Assembly: GCA_944389265.1 (NCBI GenBank)
Contig: CALXLS010000001.1
Span: 82,359 to 146,358, forward strand
Length of the DNA: 64,000 bases
From: an uncultured Alphaproteobacteria bacterium
GTDB taxonomy: Bacteria; Pseudomonadota; Alphaproteobacteria; Rs-D84
Direction of reading: 5' to 3'
This document shows, one piece after another, positions 29,554 to 38,680 of the stretch; the first letter of the stretch is position 1; every line of letters begins with the position of its first letter. The notes under the pieces were generated by a model. It saw nothing but the letters and a program-made list of their open reading frames with translations, was not told the origin of the DNA and ran no database searches. Position numbers and translations under genes: made by a program.

Positions 29554-30035
29554 TATTTATCTGCACTATTATCTTTCTGTTCATAACGATACGTTTCCGC
29601 AATTGTTCTTGTGCTGATTTTATCTGCTAAAACTTTTATCGTATTTTGTACCGCATTATTATAAGACGCATTTGCTGCAACTAAATAACGTACAAAACTA
29701 TATGATTCTGAAGCACTTTCCTTACCCCGCGCTATTTCTTTACCGTCAACGCTTAAAACATAATCCGCATTCAATATAATCTGCTGCCATGTGGCGTCAC
29801 CAGTTGGTTCCAACGCCTTATACTGCGTGACAGGATTCTTTAAATTTACTTTTAATGTATATTTTGCGTTTGAATCCCTTTGTCCACCAAATTTGGCATT
29901 AAGACTGTTCCTTAAATCAATACCATTAATACCACTTATCGGTGCAACATAAATGTCTGTATCTTGCCCGTAAAACATAGGCTTAAATCCGCATGCAGAC
30001 AATAACAAAACTGAAATTAAACAAATTTTTTTCAT
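29553..30035 (-). CDS. lptE: LPS-assembly lipoprotein LptE
   Basis: Lipobox LSACGFKPMF (compare E. coli AGCGWHLR); 160 aa; immediately upstream of holA with ATGA coupling. Confidence 0.5.
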   Translation of the reverse strand: MKKICLISVLLLSACGFKPMFYGQDTDIYVAPISGINGIDLRNSLNAKFGGQRDSNAKYTLKVNLKNPVTQYKALEPTGDATWQQIILNADYVLSVDGKEIARGKESASESYSFVRYLVAANASYNNAVQNTIKVLADKISTRTIAETYRYEQKDNSADK

Positions 30036-30103
30036 CAGAAAACCGTTTTCCTATTGCATTTTACCCTTATATTACCTAGACTTTTAATAAATCGCAAGAG
30101 GGA

Positions 30104-31345
30104 ATGATGAATATTTTTATCATGATTTTAATGGCTGTGTTAATGCTGGGCTTTTATATGATTAGCAGTCCTAACCAACAAATCACAGAACAAGAAACAC
30201 AATATGCCATAACACAATCTGATTTACGCGCTATTGCAGAATGTGCAACTTCCAAACATAATGCACAAATCAAAGGAATTGCTTATCAAGATGTTTGCAT
30301 CGAACAAAATGAAATAAAAAGTGAATTTATATGTCTGAATTCTAGCAAAAGAAAAACTGAATGCGAAATCGTCAGAAATAAAAAACCAGAATATAGCTAT
30401 ATTATAACCGCAACAAAAAAAATACCAGAAGAAAACTATAATAGCATGCTGGAAATATTAGAAAATTATTTCCCTGACACTGGAAATTTTGGTATTTTTC
30501 TTGATGGTGAAATAATGGCTAGTGGCATAAGCAGTTCGCGCGAAGTTCCGGAAACTATAATAAAAGAAATGGAATTAGAAAACGGGCAACTGATTTATAT
30601 GACGCAATATGAAATTCCTGATAATGTGACAGAATTTGCAACCCCAGAAACTACAGATATAGTATGCCCTATTGGTACAGTAAAAACATATAGATTCAGT
30701 CGTTGGCAATGCATACCATATAATACAAAAACGGACTGTGGCGGCGATATGATATGGGATTCTGAACTTTTAGAGTGCGTAGCAGATGAATCAAAAAAAC
30801 CATTGTGCGCAGAACAACAAACCGCAGTTCTTGTAGATAGCGTTTGGGAATGCGTAAACCCTTTTCCAGAAAAAGTTTGCCCAGAAAATATGATTGCTAG
30901 ATTAAACTATACAACACTGGAATGGGAATGCGTAACTAACCCGTCTTTAACAGAAACTGTAAAGAAATGCGACAATTTAAGAAAGGGGGCAATTTATGGT
31001 CAAATAGGATCAACAGTACGCGTACCGTCCTCTTCTTGTACAGACTGCGAAAAAATGATAACTGACCCAGAAACATGTGTATCAATATGTATTCCTGACC
31101 CAAATCAAATAACTAATCCAAAATGTTATCCGGGAAATGTAAAAGAATGCACCGGAAATTCTCGCGCTTTTTATTTCGGATTTCCTAGTTATTCTTATGC
31201 CGCAAATATAGAAGAATTAAAGGGTGAGTCTGTACCATTAGACGCACAACATGCACAAAACCGAAAATTTAATTGCCTTGATTGTGGAACACGCGAAATA
31301 GACTCAGGAAAATCTCTGCCACCCTATATAGCAGTATGCAAATAA
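30104..31345 (+). CDS. Cysteine-rich repeat protein with an N-terminal signal anchor (413 aa); unknown function
   Basis: GAGGG SD. TM/signal MMNIFIMILMAVLMLGFYMI. About 26 Cys, including four tandem units of the form C-x(12-18)-W-[QE]-C-[IV] (…RFSRWQCIPYN; …SELLECVADE; …DSVWECVNPF; …TTLEWECVTNP). Confidence 0.5.
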   Translation: MMNIFIMILMAVLMLGFYMISSPNQQITEQETQYAITQSDLRAIAECATSKHNAQIKGIAYQDVCIEQNEIKSEFICLNSSKRKTECEIVRNKKPEYSYIITATKKIPEENYNSMLEILENYFPDTGNFGIFLDGEIMASGISSSREVPETIIKEMELENGQLIYMTQYEIPDNVTEFATPETTDIVCPIGTVKTYRFSRWQCIPYNTKTDCGGDMIWDSELLECVADESKKPLCAEQQTAVLVDSVWECVNPFPEKVCPENMIARLNYTTLEWECVTNPSLTETVKKCDNLRKGAIYGQIGSTVRVPSSSCTDCEKMITDPETCVSICIPDPNQITNPKCYPGNVKECTGNSRAFYFGFPSYSYAANIEELKGESVPLDAQHAQNRKFNCLDCGTREIDSGKSLPPYIAVCK

Positions 31346-31368
31346 AAAACGCATCATACGATGCGTTT

Positions 31369-31914
31369 TTATCTTTTTAACTGTCTTATTTCTTTTAAAA
31401 TCTGACTCATTTCATTAACTACACTATCATATTCCAAATTATAATATTCAAAATCTCTCTCTGATTGCTCGCAGACATCAATGGAACGTTGCGAAGAATC
31501 CATATTGACCTCGCAAGCAAAAATATTATCTTCTAATCTAAGCAATATAGAATCTAATTGTTTGTATTTTTCTTGCAGTTCTTTTAATTTTTGCCCATTC
31601 ATAACTTGATTGTATGTATTATAAAAATGATTTGCAGCAGTCAAATTTTCTTGCGCAGATTTCGCAATATCTATTGTTTTATTTAATTCTGGTAATTTTG
31701 CGTTGTATTCATCCAAACTTTCTTCTAACTCTTTCACATACGATTTATCCGTACGATTTGTTATTATGCATTGCTCTATATTCGAAATAGAAGCACAAGC
31801 AGCCTTGAATTTTTTTTGCGCACTATCACCAGCAGCAACCTTGCGCTTTAAATCAGGAACTTTATTATCAACAATGACCTTTAATATATTAAAAATCCCC
31901 TGCATTTTATCCAT
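31369..31914 (-). CDS. Coiled-coil hypothetical protein
   Basis: GGGGG precedes ATG(MDKMQGIF…). Heptad-rich, with no catalytic motifs. Confidence 0.35.
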   Translation of the reverse strand: MDKMQGIFNILKVIVDNKVPDLKRKVAAGDSAQKKFKAACASISNIEQCIITNRTDKSYVKELEESLDEYNAKLPELNKTIDIAKSAQENLTAANHFYNTYNQVMNGQKLKELQEKYKQLDSILLRLEDNIFACEVNMDSSQRSIDVCEQSERDFEYYNLEYDSVVNEMSQILKEIRQLKR

Positions 31915-32023
31915 TTTTACCCCCATCACATAAATATATAGCACGCAATTTATTTTTGTCAATATTTATATAAAAGAAATATCTGGGTTTCCCCAGATAT
32001 TTTATACAAGAAATAATATATTT

Positions 32024-33616
32024 TTACTCCCCGTGGCTTTGCTGAGTAAACTCACCCCTATCCAACATTTCACGAACTGCAAAATGCTTTATTTTCTTTG
32101 CGGACGTTTGTGGAAGTTCATCTTCGGTTATTGCAAAGTGCTTTACCCACTTATAAGGCGCAATTTTTAAGTTAGACGCTTTCAATAGCATCGCGACTTT
32201 TGCAACTGTTGTACCTGGCTTTACTTGGAACACCGCAAAAGGAACCGTTTTACCTTTTATCACGTATTCAAATACCGCCGCTGATAAGATTTCTTCGTTC
32301 TGAAGATACAAGTCTTCCAACTCATCTGGATAAACATTTTTACCACTATCCAAAACGATAACCTGTTTCTTGCGTCCCTTAACAATTAAACGACCGTATT
32401 TATCCAAAGTACCTAAATCCCCTGTTTTAAACCAGCCGTTTTCAAATGCGGCAGAATTAGCCTCATCATTATCCACATAACCAGGCATAACCAAATTACC
32501 ACGGACCCAAATTTCACCGATTCCATGTTTGTCGGGATTATGAATTTCTATCTCGTTTCCTGGAAGTGGCCCCGCATAGTGCATTGAACCATCTGGCATA
32601 CGGAAAGCAAAGTTAAAGTTTGCGGGTCCCGTTGTTTCTGTCAGTCCATAGCAATCACCAACCACAAAATCCAAACTTTCAAAGAATTTTCTAATAGACG
32701 GTTTTAATGTCGCACCAGCGGATACTAATACCTTTGTATTTCCACCGAACAATTCATGAACAGGTTTAGTCACTTTCTTAACCAACCACCCCATTCCGAT
32801 AGCACGTAAAACCCTACGCAAAGAAATTACAATGCGCATAAATGTATAAACATGCTTTTCTTTCGCTGCTTCTACTATTCTTTTATAAAAAGCTTCCCAA
32901 ATACGTGGGACAGCAGGTATAACCTCTGGATGATATTGTTGAAAATCTTTTAAAAATTCGCGAGGATTTAATATCGGTTGCAGCAATAACTTACCTTCTA
33001 ATACCAATGGTGCAATTATATTTATTACAACACCATATATATGATAAAGAGGCAAGAACCCATAAAATGTATACCCTGGGTGAATTACAGGTTTATAAAA
33101 TAATGCCCCCTGCCCCAAAGATAAAATATTGTCATGTGTCAACCCAACAACTTTTGGATTACCTGTCGAACCTGAAGTAAAAGACAGCATCGCTATATCT
33201 TCACGACCTGCATCTGCAGCAACAAAATCTTTCTCGTCTGTGTCATCGGGTGTTTCGATATCAAACATCTTCGGACCACCTTCAATGAAATAGTCTTTCT
33301 GAGCAAGCGCCAGTTTACAATTCGTTCTTTCCATCATGTTCAGATGCTCTTTTGCAGACAAACCTGTATCTAACATCAAAACACGCGCACCTTGTGAAGT
33401 TATAGCAAAATAAGATTTGATAAATTCAGGTGTATTGCCGGATAATATCGCAACAGTATCACCCTTCTTTATACCAAATTTCTTTGCTAGTAAAACAGCA
33501 CGCTGTTTTACTTTTCTTAACAAGTCCGCATAAGTTTCATTCTGTCTGACAAAGAAAATACGGTCTTTGTTCTGAAAACAAACTTCCTGCAACATTTCGT
33601 ATATATTTTTTATCAT
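32024..33616 (-). CDS. Long-chain fatty-acid--CoA ligase (AMP-dependent synthetase family)
   Basis: AMP-binding motif LSFTSGSTGNPKVVGLTH, then YGLTET, and GWFKTGDLG…VKGRKKQVIVL. Confidence 0.75.
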   Translation of the reverse strand: MIKNIYEMLQEVCFQNKDRIFFVRQNETYADLLRKVKQRAVLLAKKFGIKKGDTVAILSGNTPEFIKSYFAITSQGARVLMLDTGLSAKEHLNMMERTNCKLALAQKDYFIEGGPKMFDIETPDDTDEKDFVAADAGREDIAMLSFTSGSTGNPKVVGLTHDNILSLGQGALFYKPVIHPGYTFYGFLPLYHIYGVVINIIAPLVLEGKLLLQPILNPREFLKDFQQYHPEVIPAVPRIWEAFYKRIVEAAKEKHVYTFMRIVISLRRVLRAIGMGWLVKKVTKPVHELFGGNTKVLVSAGATLKPSIRKFFESLDFVVGDCYGLTETTGPANFNFAFRMPDGSMHYAGPLPGNEIEIHNPDKHGIGEIWVRGNLVMPGYVDNDEANSAAFENGWFKTGDLGTLDKYGRLIVKGRKKQVIVLDSGKNVYPDELEDLYLQNEEILSAAVFEYVIKGKTVPFAVFQVKPGTTVAKVAMLLKASNLKIAPYKWVKHFAITEDELPQTSAKKIKHFAVREMLDRGEFTQQSHGE

Positions 33617-34008
33617 AACAATTTTACTCTTTTGTTAATTGGACACAATGTAAGCCACCATGACTCAAACCATTATGAGTATATACCGTTTTACCAAGGA
33701 AAAACAACCTATTTCATAAAAATACACCGCTATATAGAAAAATATATAAATATTGACTAATTATTTTTATACTTAACTTTGTCAATATATAGACATTGAT
33801 TCAATATTTTTTACTATATTTTGTATTTTTTTATAAAATACGAATCATTTTTATACATAATCCAGTATATTCTATACACAAAAAATTATTTAGTATTTCG
33901 TTTTATGAATCGCATATCTTCCTATGCCCCGGAAAAGGGGCGTTTTAAAAAGTAAAGCGAAAAATAAAATTTTTTTCACTTTTTATTGATTGATACTTTT
34001 AACTTTAT

Positions 34009-34055
34009 ACTATATATTGTTATCAAATTAACCGAATAACTACTATATATTGTGT
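34009..34055 (+). promoter_or_regulatory. Two NrdR boxes upstream of nrdD
   Basis: ACTATATATTGT at 34009-34020 and ACTATATATTGTGT at 34042-34055 (start-to-start 33 bp). Both match the NrdR-box palindrome consensus acaCwAtATaTwGtgt and sit immediately 5' of an RNR operon. Confidence 0.5.
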
Positions 34056-34078
34056 TTTTAGAATATCGGAGTAATAAG

Positions 34079-36109
34079 ATGTCTAATGAAACAGCAGAGA
34101 ATAAAATACAGATTATTCTGACACTTAGCACCAGATTGAAAGTCGTTCAGAAACGTTCTGGTGAAACAGTACCTTTTGATTCGCGTAAGATTTTTGATGC
34201 TATAAAAAAGGCTGTTGCGGTTACAAAAGAAATTTCCGAAGAAAGAATCGCAGCAGTTACACAAACCGTACTTGAAAAATTAGAAGCAAAATTTGTAGAT
34301 AAGGTTCCAACAGTCGAGGCAATCCAAGATACAGTTATAGAAACTTTAATGGATACGAAAGCATACAAAACTGCAGAAGCATATATTATATATCGTCAAA
34401 AACGTAGCGAAATTCGTAATTCTTATGTTGATGCAGTAGAAGTTATCGAAGGCTATGTAGGTGGTTCTAACTGGCGAGTAAAAGAAAATGCTAATATCGG
34501 TTATTCAATTGGTGGACTTATTTTGCGTACTAGTGAACGCGTAACTGCTGAATATTGGTTAAATTTGTACCCTAAAGAAATTGCAGAAGCACATAAAAAC
34601 GCATCTATTCATATCCATGACCTGGGTTGGTTAACGGGCTATTGTGCAGGCTGGTCGTTGCGTGAACTTTTATATGAAGGGTTTAACGGTGTACCAGGTT
34701 ATCTACAATGTGAACCTGCAAAGCATATGGCAACTGCTATTTCACACATGGTTAATTTCTTGGGTACTTTGCAAAATGAATTCGCAGGTGCACAAGCATT
34801 CTCGTCTGTTGATACTTATTTAGCACCTTATGTAAGAATAGATAATCTATCTTATGCAGATGTAAAAAATGCTATGCAGACTCTTATCTTCAACTGTGCT
34901 GTACCTTGTCGTTGGGGGACGCAGACACCATTTATTAACTTTACATTTGACTGGACTTGCCCAGAAGATTTGAAAAACCAACACCCTTTTGTTGGTGGTA
35001 AGCAAGTTGACTTTAAGTATGGCGACCTGCAAAATGAAATGGACATCATTAATAAGGCCTTTTTGGAAGTTATGACAGAAGGTGATGCACAGGGGCGTCC
35101 TTTCACATTCCCTATTCCAACATATAATATAACAAATGATTTTCCTTGGGATCATCCAAATGTCAAACCATTGTTCGATTTAGCGGCAAAATACGGAATA
35201 CCTAATTTCCAGAATTTCTTAAATTCTGATTTGAATCCAACAGATGTTCGTTCTATGTGCTGCAGATTGCGCTTGGATGTTCGTGAGTTGTTAAAACGTG
35301 GTGGTGGTTTGTTCGGTTCTGCAGAAAAAACAGGTTCTATCGGTGTTGTCACAATTAACCTAGCGCGTTTGGGTTATGTACACAAAGGCGATAGAGATGG
35401 TTTATTTACAGAATTAAAACGTTTATTAGATATGGGGCGCGATTCATTAGAAATAAAACGTCGCATAATATCTAAAAATATGGAACGCGGTTTGTATCCG
35501 TTTACAAAACGTTATCTGGGTGACTGGTCTCATCACTTCTCTACAATCGGTGTAAACGGTGCAAATGAAATGGTGTTGAACTTTACAAACGGTAAAGACA
35601 ATATCGCAACGCCCTTCGGTAAAAAATTAGTCTTGGATGTTATGGACTTTATAAGAGAGAATTTGGCCAACTTCCAAGAACAAACAGGAAATTTATATAA
35701 CTTAGAGGCTACACCAGCGGAAGGATGCTCTTATCGCTTTGCAAAAACAGACGTAAAGAACTTCCCAGACATTATAACCGCGGGTACAAAAGACGCACCT
35801 TATTATACAAACTCTACACAATTGCCTGTAAATTATACAGATGACCCATTTGTTGCATTAGAACACCAAGAAGACTTTCAACGCAAATATACTGGTGGAA
35901 CTATGTTGCACTTGTATATGGGCGAACCAGTATCTTCAGGTGAAGCAGCACAAAAAATTGTTCGCACAATCTTTGAAAACTACAAGATTCCATACATGAC
36001 TTTGACACCGACGTTCTCGATTTGTCCAAAGCATGGTTATCTGCCTGGTAAGCACGAATTCTGCCCGAAATGCGATGCAGAAATTGCTGCAAACCAGAAT
36101 AAGGAATAA
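34079..36109 (+). CDS. nrdD: Anaerobic (class III) ribonucleoside-triphosphate reductase, catalytic body with ATP-cone and zinc ribbon, but lacking the glycyl-radical loop (interrupted gene; see findings)
   Basis: GGAG SD with ATG at 34079. N-terminal ATP-cone (VVQKRSGETVPFDSRKIFDAIKKA). NrdD core, with a C-terminal zinc ribbon CPKHGY…CPKCD. Terminates at TAA 36107-09 before any RxxG[YF] radical motif. Confidence 0.8.
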   Translation: MSNETAENKIQIILTLSTRLKVVQKRSGETVPFDSRKIFDAIKKAVAVTKEISEERIAAVTQTVLEKLEAKFVDKVPTVEAIQDTVIETLMDTKAYKTAEAYIIYRQKRSEIRNSYVDAVEVIEGYVGGSNWRVKENANIGYSIGGLILRTSERVTAEYWLNLYPKEIAEAHKNASIHIHDLGWLTGYCAGWSLRELLYEGFNGVPGYLQCEPAKHMATAISHMVNFLGTLQNEFAGAQAFSSVDTYLAPYVRIDNLSYADVKNAMQTLIFNCAVPCRWGTQTPFINFTFDWTCPEDLKNQHPFVGGKQVDFKYGDLQNEMDIINKAFLEVMTEGDAQGRPFTFPIPTYNITNDFPWDHPNVKPLFDLAAKYGIPNFQNFLNSDLNPTDVRSMCCRLRLDVRELLKRGGGLFGSAEKTGSIGVVTINLARLGYVHKGDRDGLFTELKRLLDMGRDSLEIKRRIISKNMERGLYPFTKRYLGDWSHHFSTIGVNGANEMVLNFTNGKDNIATPFGKKLVLDVMDFIRENLANFQEQTGNLYNLEATPAEGCSYRFAKTDVKNFPDIITAGTKDAPYYTNSTQLPVNYTDDPFVALEHQEDFQRKYTGGTMLHLYMGEPVSSGEAAQKIVRTIFENYKIPYMTLTPTFSICPKHGYLPGKHEFCPKCDAEIAANQNKE

Positions 36110-36151
36110 AAAGTTAAAAAAACAAACAAAAAAGAAAGGGAGGAAAACATT

Positions 36152-36340
36152 ATGCAAGCAACAGAAAATACTCAAAGAACACCATGTGAAATCTTTTCTC
36201 GTTCAATGGGTTTTATCAGACCTGTATCTAATTTCAATATTGGGAAGTATTCTGAATTCTGCGAAAGAAAAACATTTACAGAAGCAAATAGTTTAAGTGC
36301 TGGACAAAGACACTGTGAATTAATGAAAAAAGCTGCATAA
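36152..36340 (+). CDS. 62-aa ORF encoding the class III RNR glycyl-radical loop, separated from nrdD by an in-frame TAA plus 14 codons
   Basis: SRSMGFIRPVSNFNIGKYSEFCERKTF matches the NrdD C-terminal radical motif (E. coli RVCGYLGSPDARPFNAGKQEEVKRR). GGGAGG lies 8 nt before the ATG. Same reading frame as nrdD. Confidence 0.45.
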   Translation: MQATENTQRTPCEIFSRSMGFIRPVSNFNIGKYSEFCERKTFTEANSLSAGQRHCELMKKAA

Positions 36341-36344
36341 TATT

Positions 36345-37046
36345 ATGAGAGATATTCAGATTGGGGGTTTGGTTTCATTCACAACAATAGACTATCCAGG
36401 GAAATTGGCTGCGGTCGTCTTTCTTGTGGGTTGTCCGCTTCGTTGTGCATACTGTTCTAATCCCCATTTACTGAATGTTGGTGACGGGGAATACGACCCA
36501 GAAAAAGTTTTCGAATGGTTGCAATCTCGCGTCGGGAAATTAGAAGCCGTCGTCTTTTCTGGTGGCGAGGCTTTAATGCAAGGTGACGCACTTATAGAAT
36601 ATATGCGTCGCGTAAAAGATTTAGGTTTTTATATCGGACTTCATACAAACGGTTTCTACCCAGAAACCTTAAAAAAAGCATCTGAAATCGTAGATTGGAT
36701 TGGATTAGATTATAAGGCTACTCGAAATAAATATCCCGAATTAGTCGGTCAAAATATTGCACACGACCATATGATAAAAAGTTTATGTGCTTGGTTGGAT
36801 ACAGGAAAAGATATGGAAGTTCGCATAACCTGCGACCCAAGACACGTGACAAAGTTAGATTTATTAGAAATTATACAAGATTTACATTCACGCGGTGTAA
36901 AGAAAATCGCAATTCAAAAATATGTTCCACATTTTGAAGACAATGAACATGGAACGACACCAGAACAACGCAATCAATTCTTTAACGATGATAATTTGCG
37001 TAATAATATAAATTCTCTTTTTGATTCCGTCATTTGGCGTGAATAA
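36345..37046 (+). CDS. nrdG: Anaerobic RNR activating enzyme (radical SAM)
   Basis: CPLRCAYC (CxxxCxxC) near the N-terminus, FSGGEAL, and size and position directly after nrdD. Confidence 0.8.
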   Translation: MRDIQIGGLVSFTTIDYPGKLAAVVFLVGCPLRCAYCSNPHLLNVGDGEYDPEKVFEWLQSRVGKLEAVVFSGGEALMQGDALIEYMRRVKDLGFYIGLHTNGFYPETLKKASEIVDWIGLDYKATRNKYPELVGQNIAHDHMIKSLCAWLDTGKDMEVRITCDPRHVTKLDLLEIIQDLHSRGVKKIAIQKYVPHFEDNEHGTTPEQRNQFFNDDNLRNNINSLFDSVIWRE

Positions 37047-37049
37047 ACA

Positions 37050-37080
37050 AATAAAAAAACCGCCTTTCGGCGGTTATATT
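37050..37080. terminator. Bidirectional terminator between nrdG and the convergent OMP gene
   Basis: AAAAAAACCGCC-TTTC-GGCGGTT. The T-run is strongest on the minus strand. Confidence 0.45.
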
Positions 37081-37090
37081 TAAAAAAGAT

Positions 37091-37759
37091 TTAGAAAGAA
37101 TAACGTAATCCTAACTTTACTTCATGCGCATATACAAATTCCCCTTCTACATCAGAAGAATTAAAGCGATATGCTATATCTGCAGCCCAACTTTCTGTAA
37201 AATTATATGCTGTACCAATAGCTACCTGCCATTCAAATTCTTTCTTCTTATCATCCGCACCAACAATATGTCTATTTCCAATCATCGGAATTGAGGAAGT
37301 AATATCAACCGTTGCGTACTGATTATAAGTACCTAAACCAATACCAGCACCAACATAAGGCGTCCAATTAGAATTTTCTAAATCAAAATCATAATACAAA
37401 TTAAATAAATAAGAATTATGCTTTACAGATGTTGATGTGTTAATTGTCATCATCGCATTTGATACCAATTCATATTTATCTTCAGATGCACTGCGCAAAG
37501 CATATTCTAATTCTGCACGAATATTTCCATATTTAATACCTGCAGTAAATTCACCAGCGATAGCAGAATCAAAATCCATATCGCCACCACCATTTTTTAC
37601 AATCATCTCTGCAGAATTTGGGTCATACCCCATGCGCTTTGCAGAAGTGCCGGCCTTATCAACAACAACACCCAGACCAACATACGGTGTTAAATCCGCA
37701 GCGAATGCACCTGTTGCAAAAACTGAAACCATTGTAAAAATAGGTAAAATCTTTTTCAT
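37091..37759 (-). CDS. Small outer-membrane beta-barrel protein (Omp25/Omp31-like / OmpA-like barrel)
   Basis: Signal peptide MKKILPIFTMVSVFATGAFA; 222 aa; C-terminal …LGLRYSF. Confidence 0.55.
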   Translation of the reverse strand: MKKILPIFTMVSVFATGAFAADLTPYVGLGVVVDKAGTSAKRMGYDPNSAEMIVKNGGGDMDFDSAIAGEFTAGIKYGNIRAELEYALRSASEDKYELVSNAMMTINTSTSVKHNSYLFNLYYDFDLENSNWTPYVGAGIGLGTYNQYATVDITSSIPMIGNRHIVGADDKKKEFEWQVAIGTAYNFTESWAADIAYRFNSSDVEGEFVYAHEVKLGLRYSF

Positions 37760-37889
37760 TGTTTCTCCTTTTTATATGAGAAAACTATCCTACTTTTAAC
37801 CTAATAAGTCAAGGCAACAAAATACAGCGAAGGCGCCTTGACCATTACGGAAATAAAACCTATACTCAATATTGTATACGGATAATCAC

Positions 37890-38654
37890 ATGAAAATTCA
37901 AAATGAAATAGAACAATCTAATAAATATATGTTGGAAACATTTAATTTTATGGGCAAAGAACTTGTACAAATATTACCTGAGAATGTTTATAAAATTGAA
38001 GCAATGATAAAAAATGATTCTGCATATATAAAAACATTTGATAAAAATGCGGCTCCAAATAAAAAGAATTTCAACGGCTCTACTGCATATTGGATGTCTA
38101 AATTATTAAACCTTATGCAAGATGCAAAGATAAAAAACACAGACCAAGAATATAGAAATATAATCGAAAAGGTCGTAATATCTATTGACTCAGAAAATTC
38201 CACGCATTTAAATGCGGACGGGGTTGGGCGAAGGGAAATCTCGGCCAGAATATCTGCAATAGAAAAAAATAGACTTCTAAATCTTTTAAAATATCCACGT
38301 GAAAATAATTTTGAACTTATAAGGATTATATCTGAAAAAACTCATCCTGAAAACAACCAAAAGAAAGCACGAGCAAACCTTTCTTTTGCAAGTAAATTTT
38401 GTCACTATGCATGTTTTTTCTTATTTGAGGGGACAGAATTTCAAGATAACTTTTCAATTCATGATAATGTGCTTAAGAATGCTTTAGTTTACTATGCTGA
38501 TTATTATGGAATTAAATTAGAAAAAGACACTTTAACAACTTATGCCAAATACAGCCAACTTATAGACTTAATAATTGAAAAGAATGGAAACTTAATTAGC
38601 AGGAATGGATTTGACCACCTATTATGGTATTATTTTAAAGCAAGAGCCTATTAA
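37890..38654 (+). CDS. Hypothetical protein (255 aa), A+T-rich gene
   Basis: ORF with an ATG at 37890 (the track starts at an upstream TTG). No motif recognised. A+T-richer than the core genes. Confidence 0.35.
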   Translation: MKIQNEIEQSNKYMLETFNFMGKELVQILPENVYKIEAMIKNDSAYIKTFDKNAAPNKKNFNGSTAYWMSKLLNLMQDAKIKNTDQEYRNIIEKVVISIDSENSTHLNADGVGRREISARISAIEKNRLLNLLKYPRENNFELIRIISEKTHPENNQKKARANLSFASKFCHYACFFLFEGTEFQDNFSIHDNVLKNALVYYADYYGIKLEKDTLTTYAKYSQLIDLIIEKNGNLISRNGFDHLLWYYFKARAY

Positions 38655-38680
38655 AAATGGCACTTAATGTGCCATTTTTA
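38655..38680. terminator. Bidirectional terminator
   Basis: AATGGCAC-TTAA-TGTGCCATT followed by TTTT. Confidence 0.45.

Noticed and set aside
36033-36296. ORF 36033-36296 (+, 87 aa, Lys-rich)
   Set aside because: An out-of-frame overlap of the nrdD 3' end and the glycyl-radical ORF, generated by the A-rich linker.
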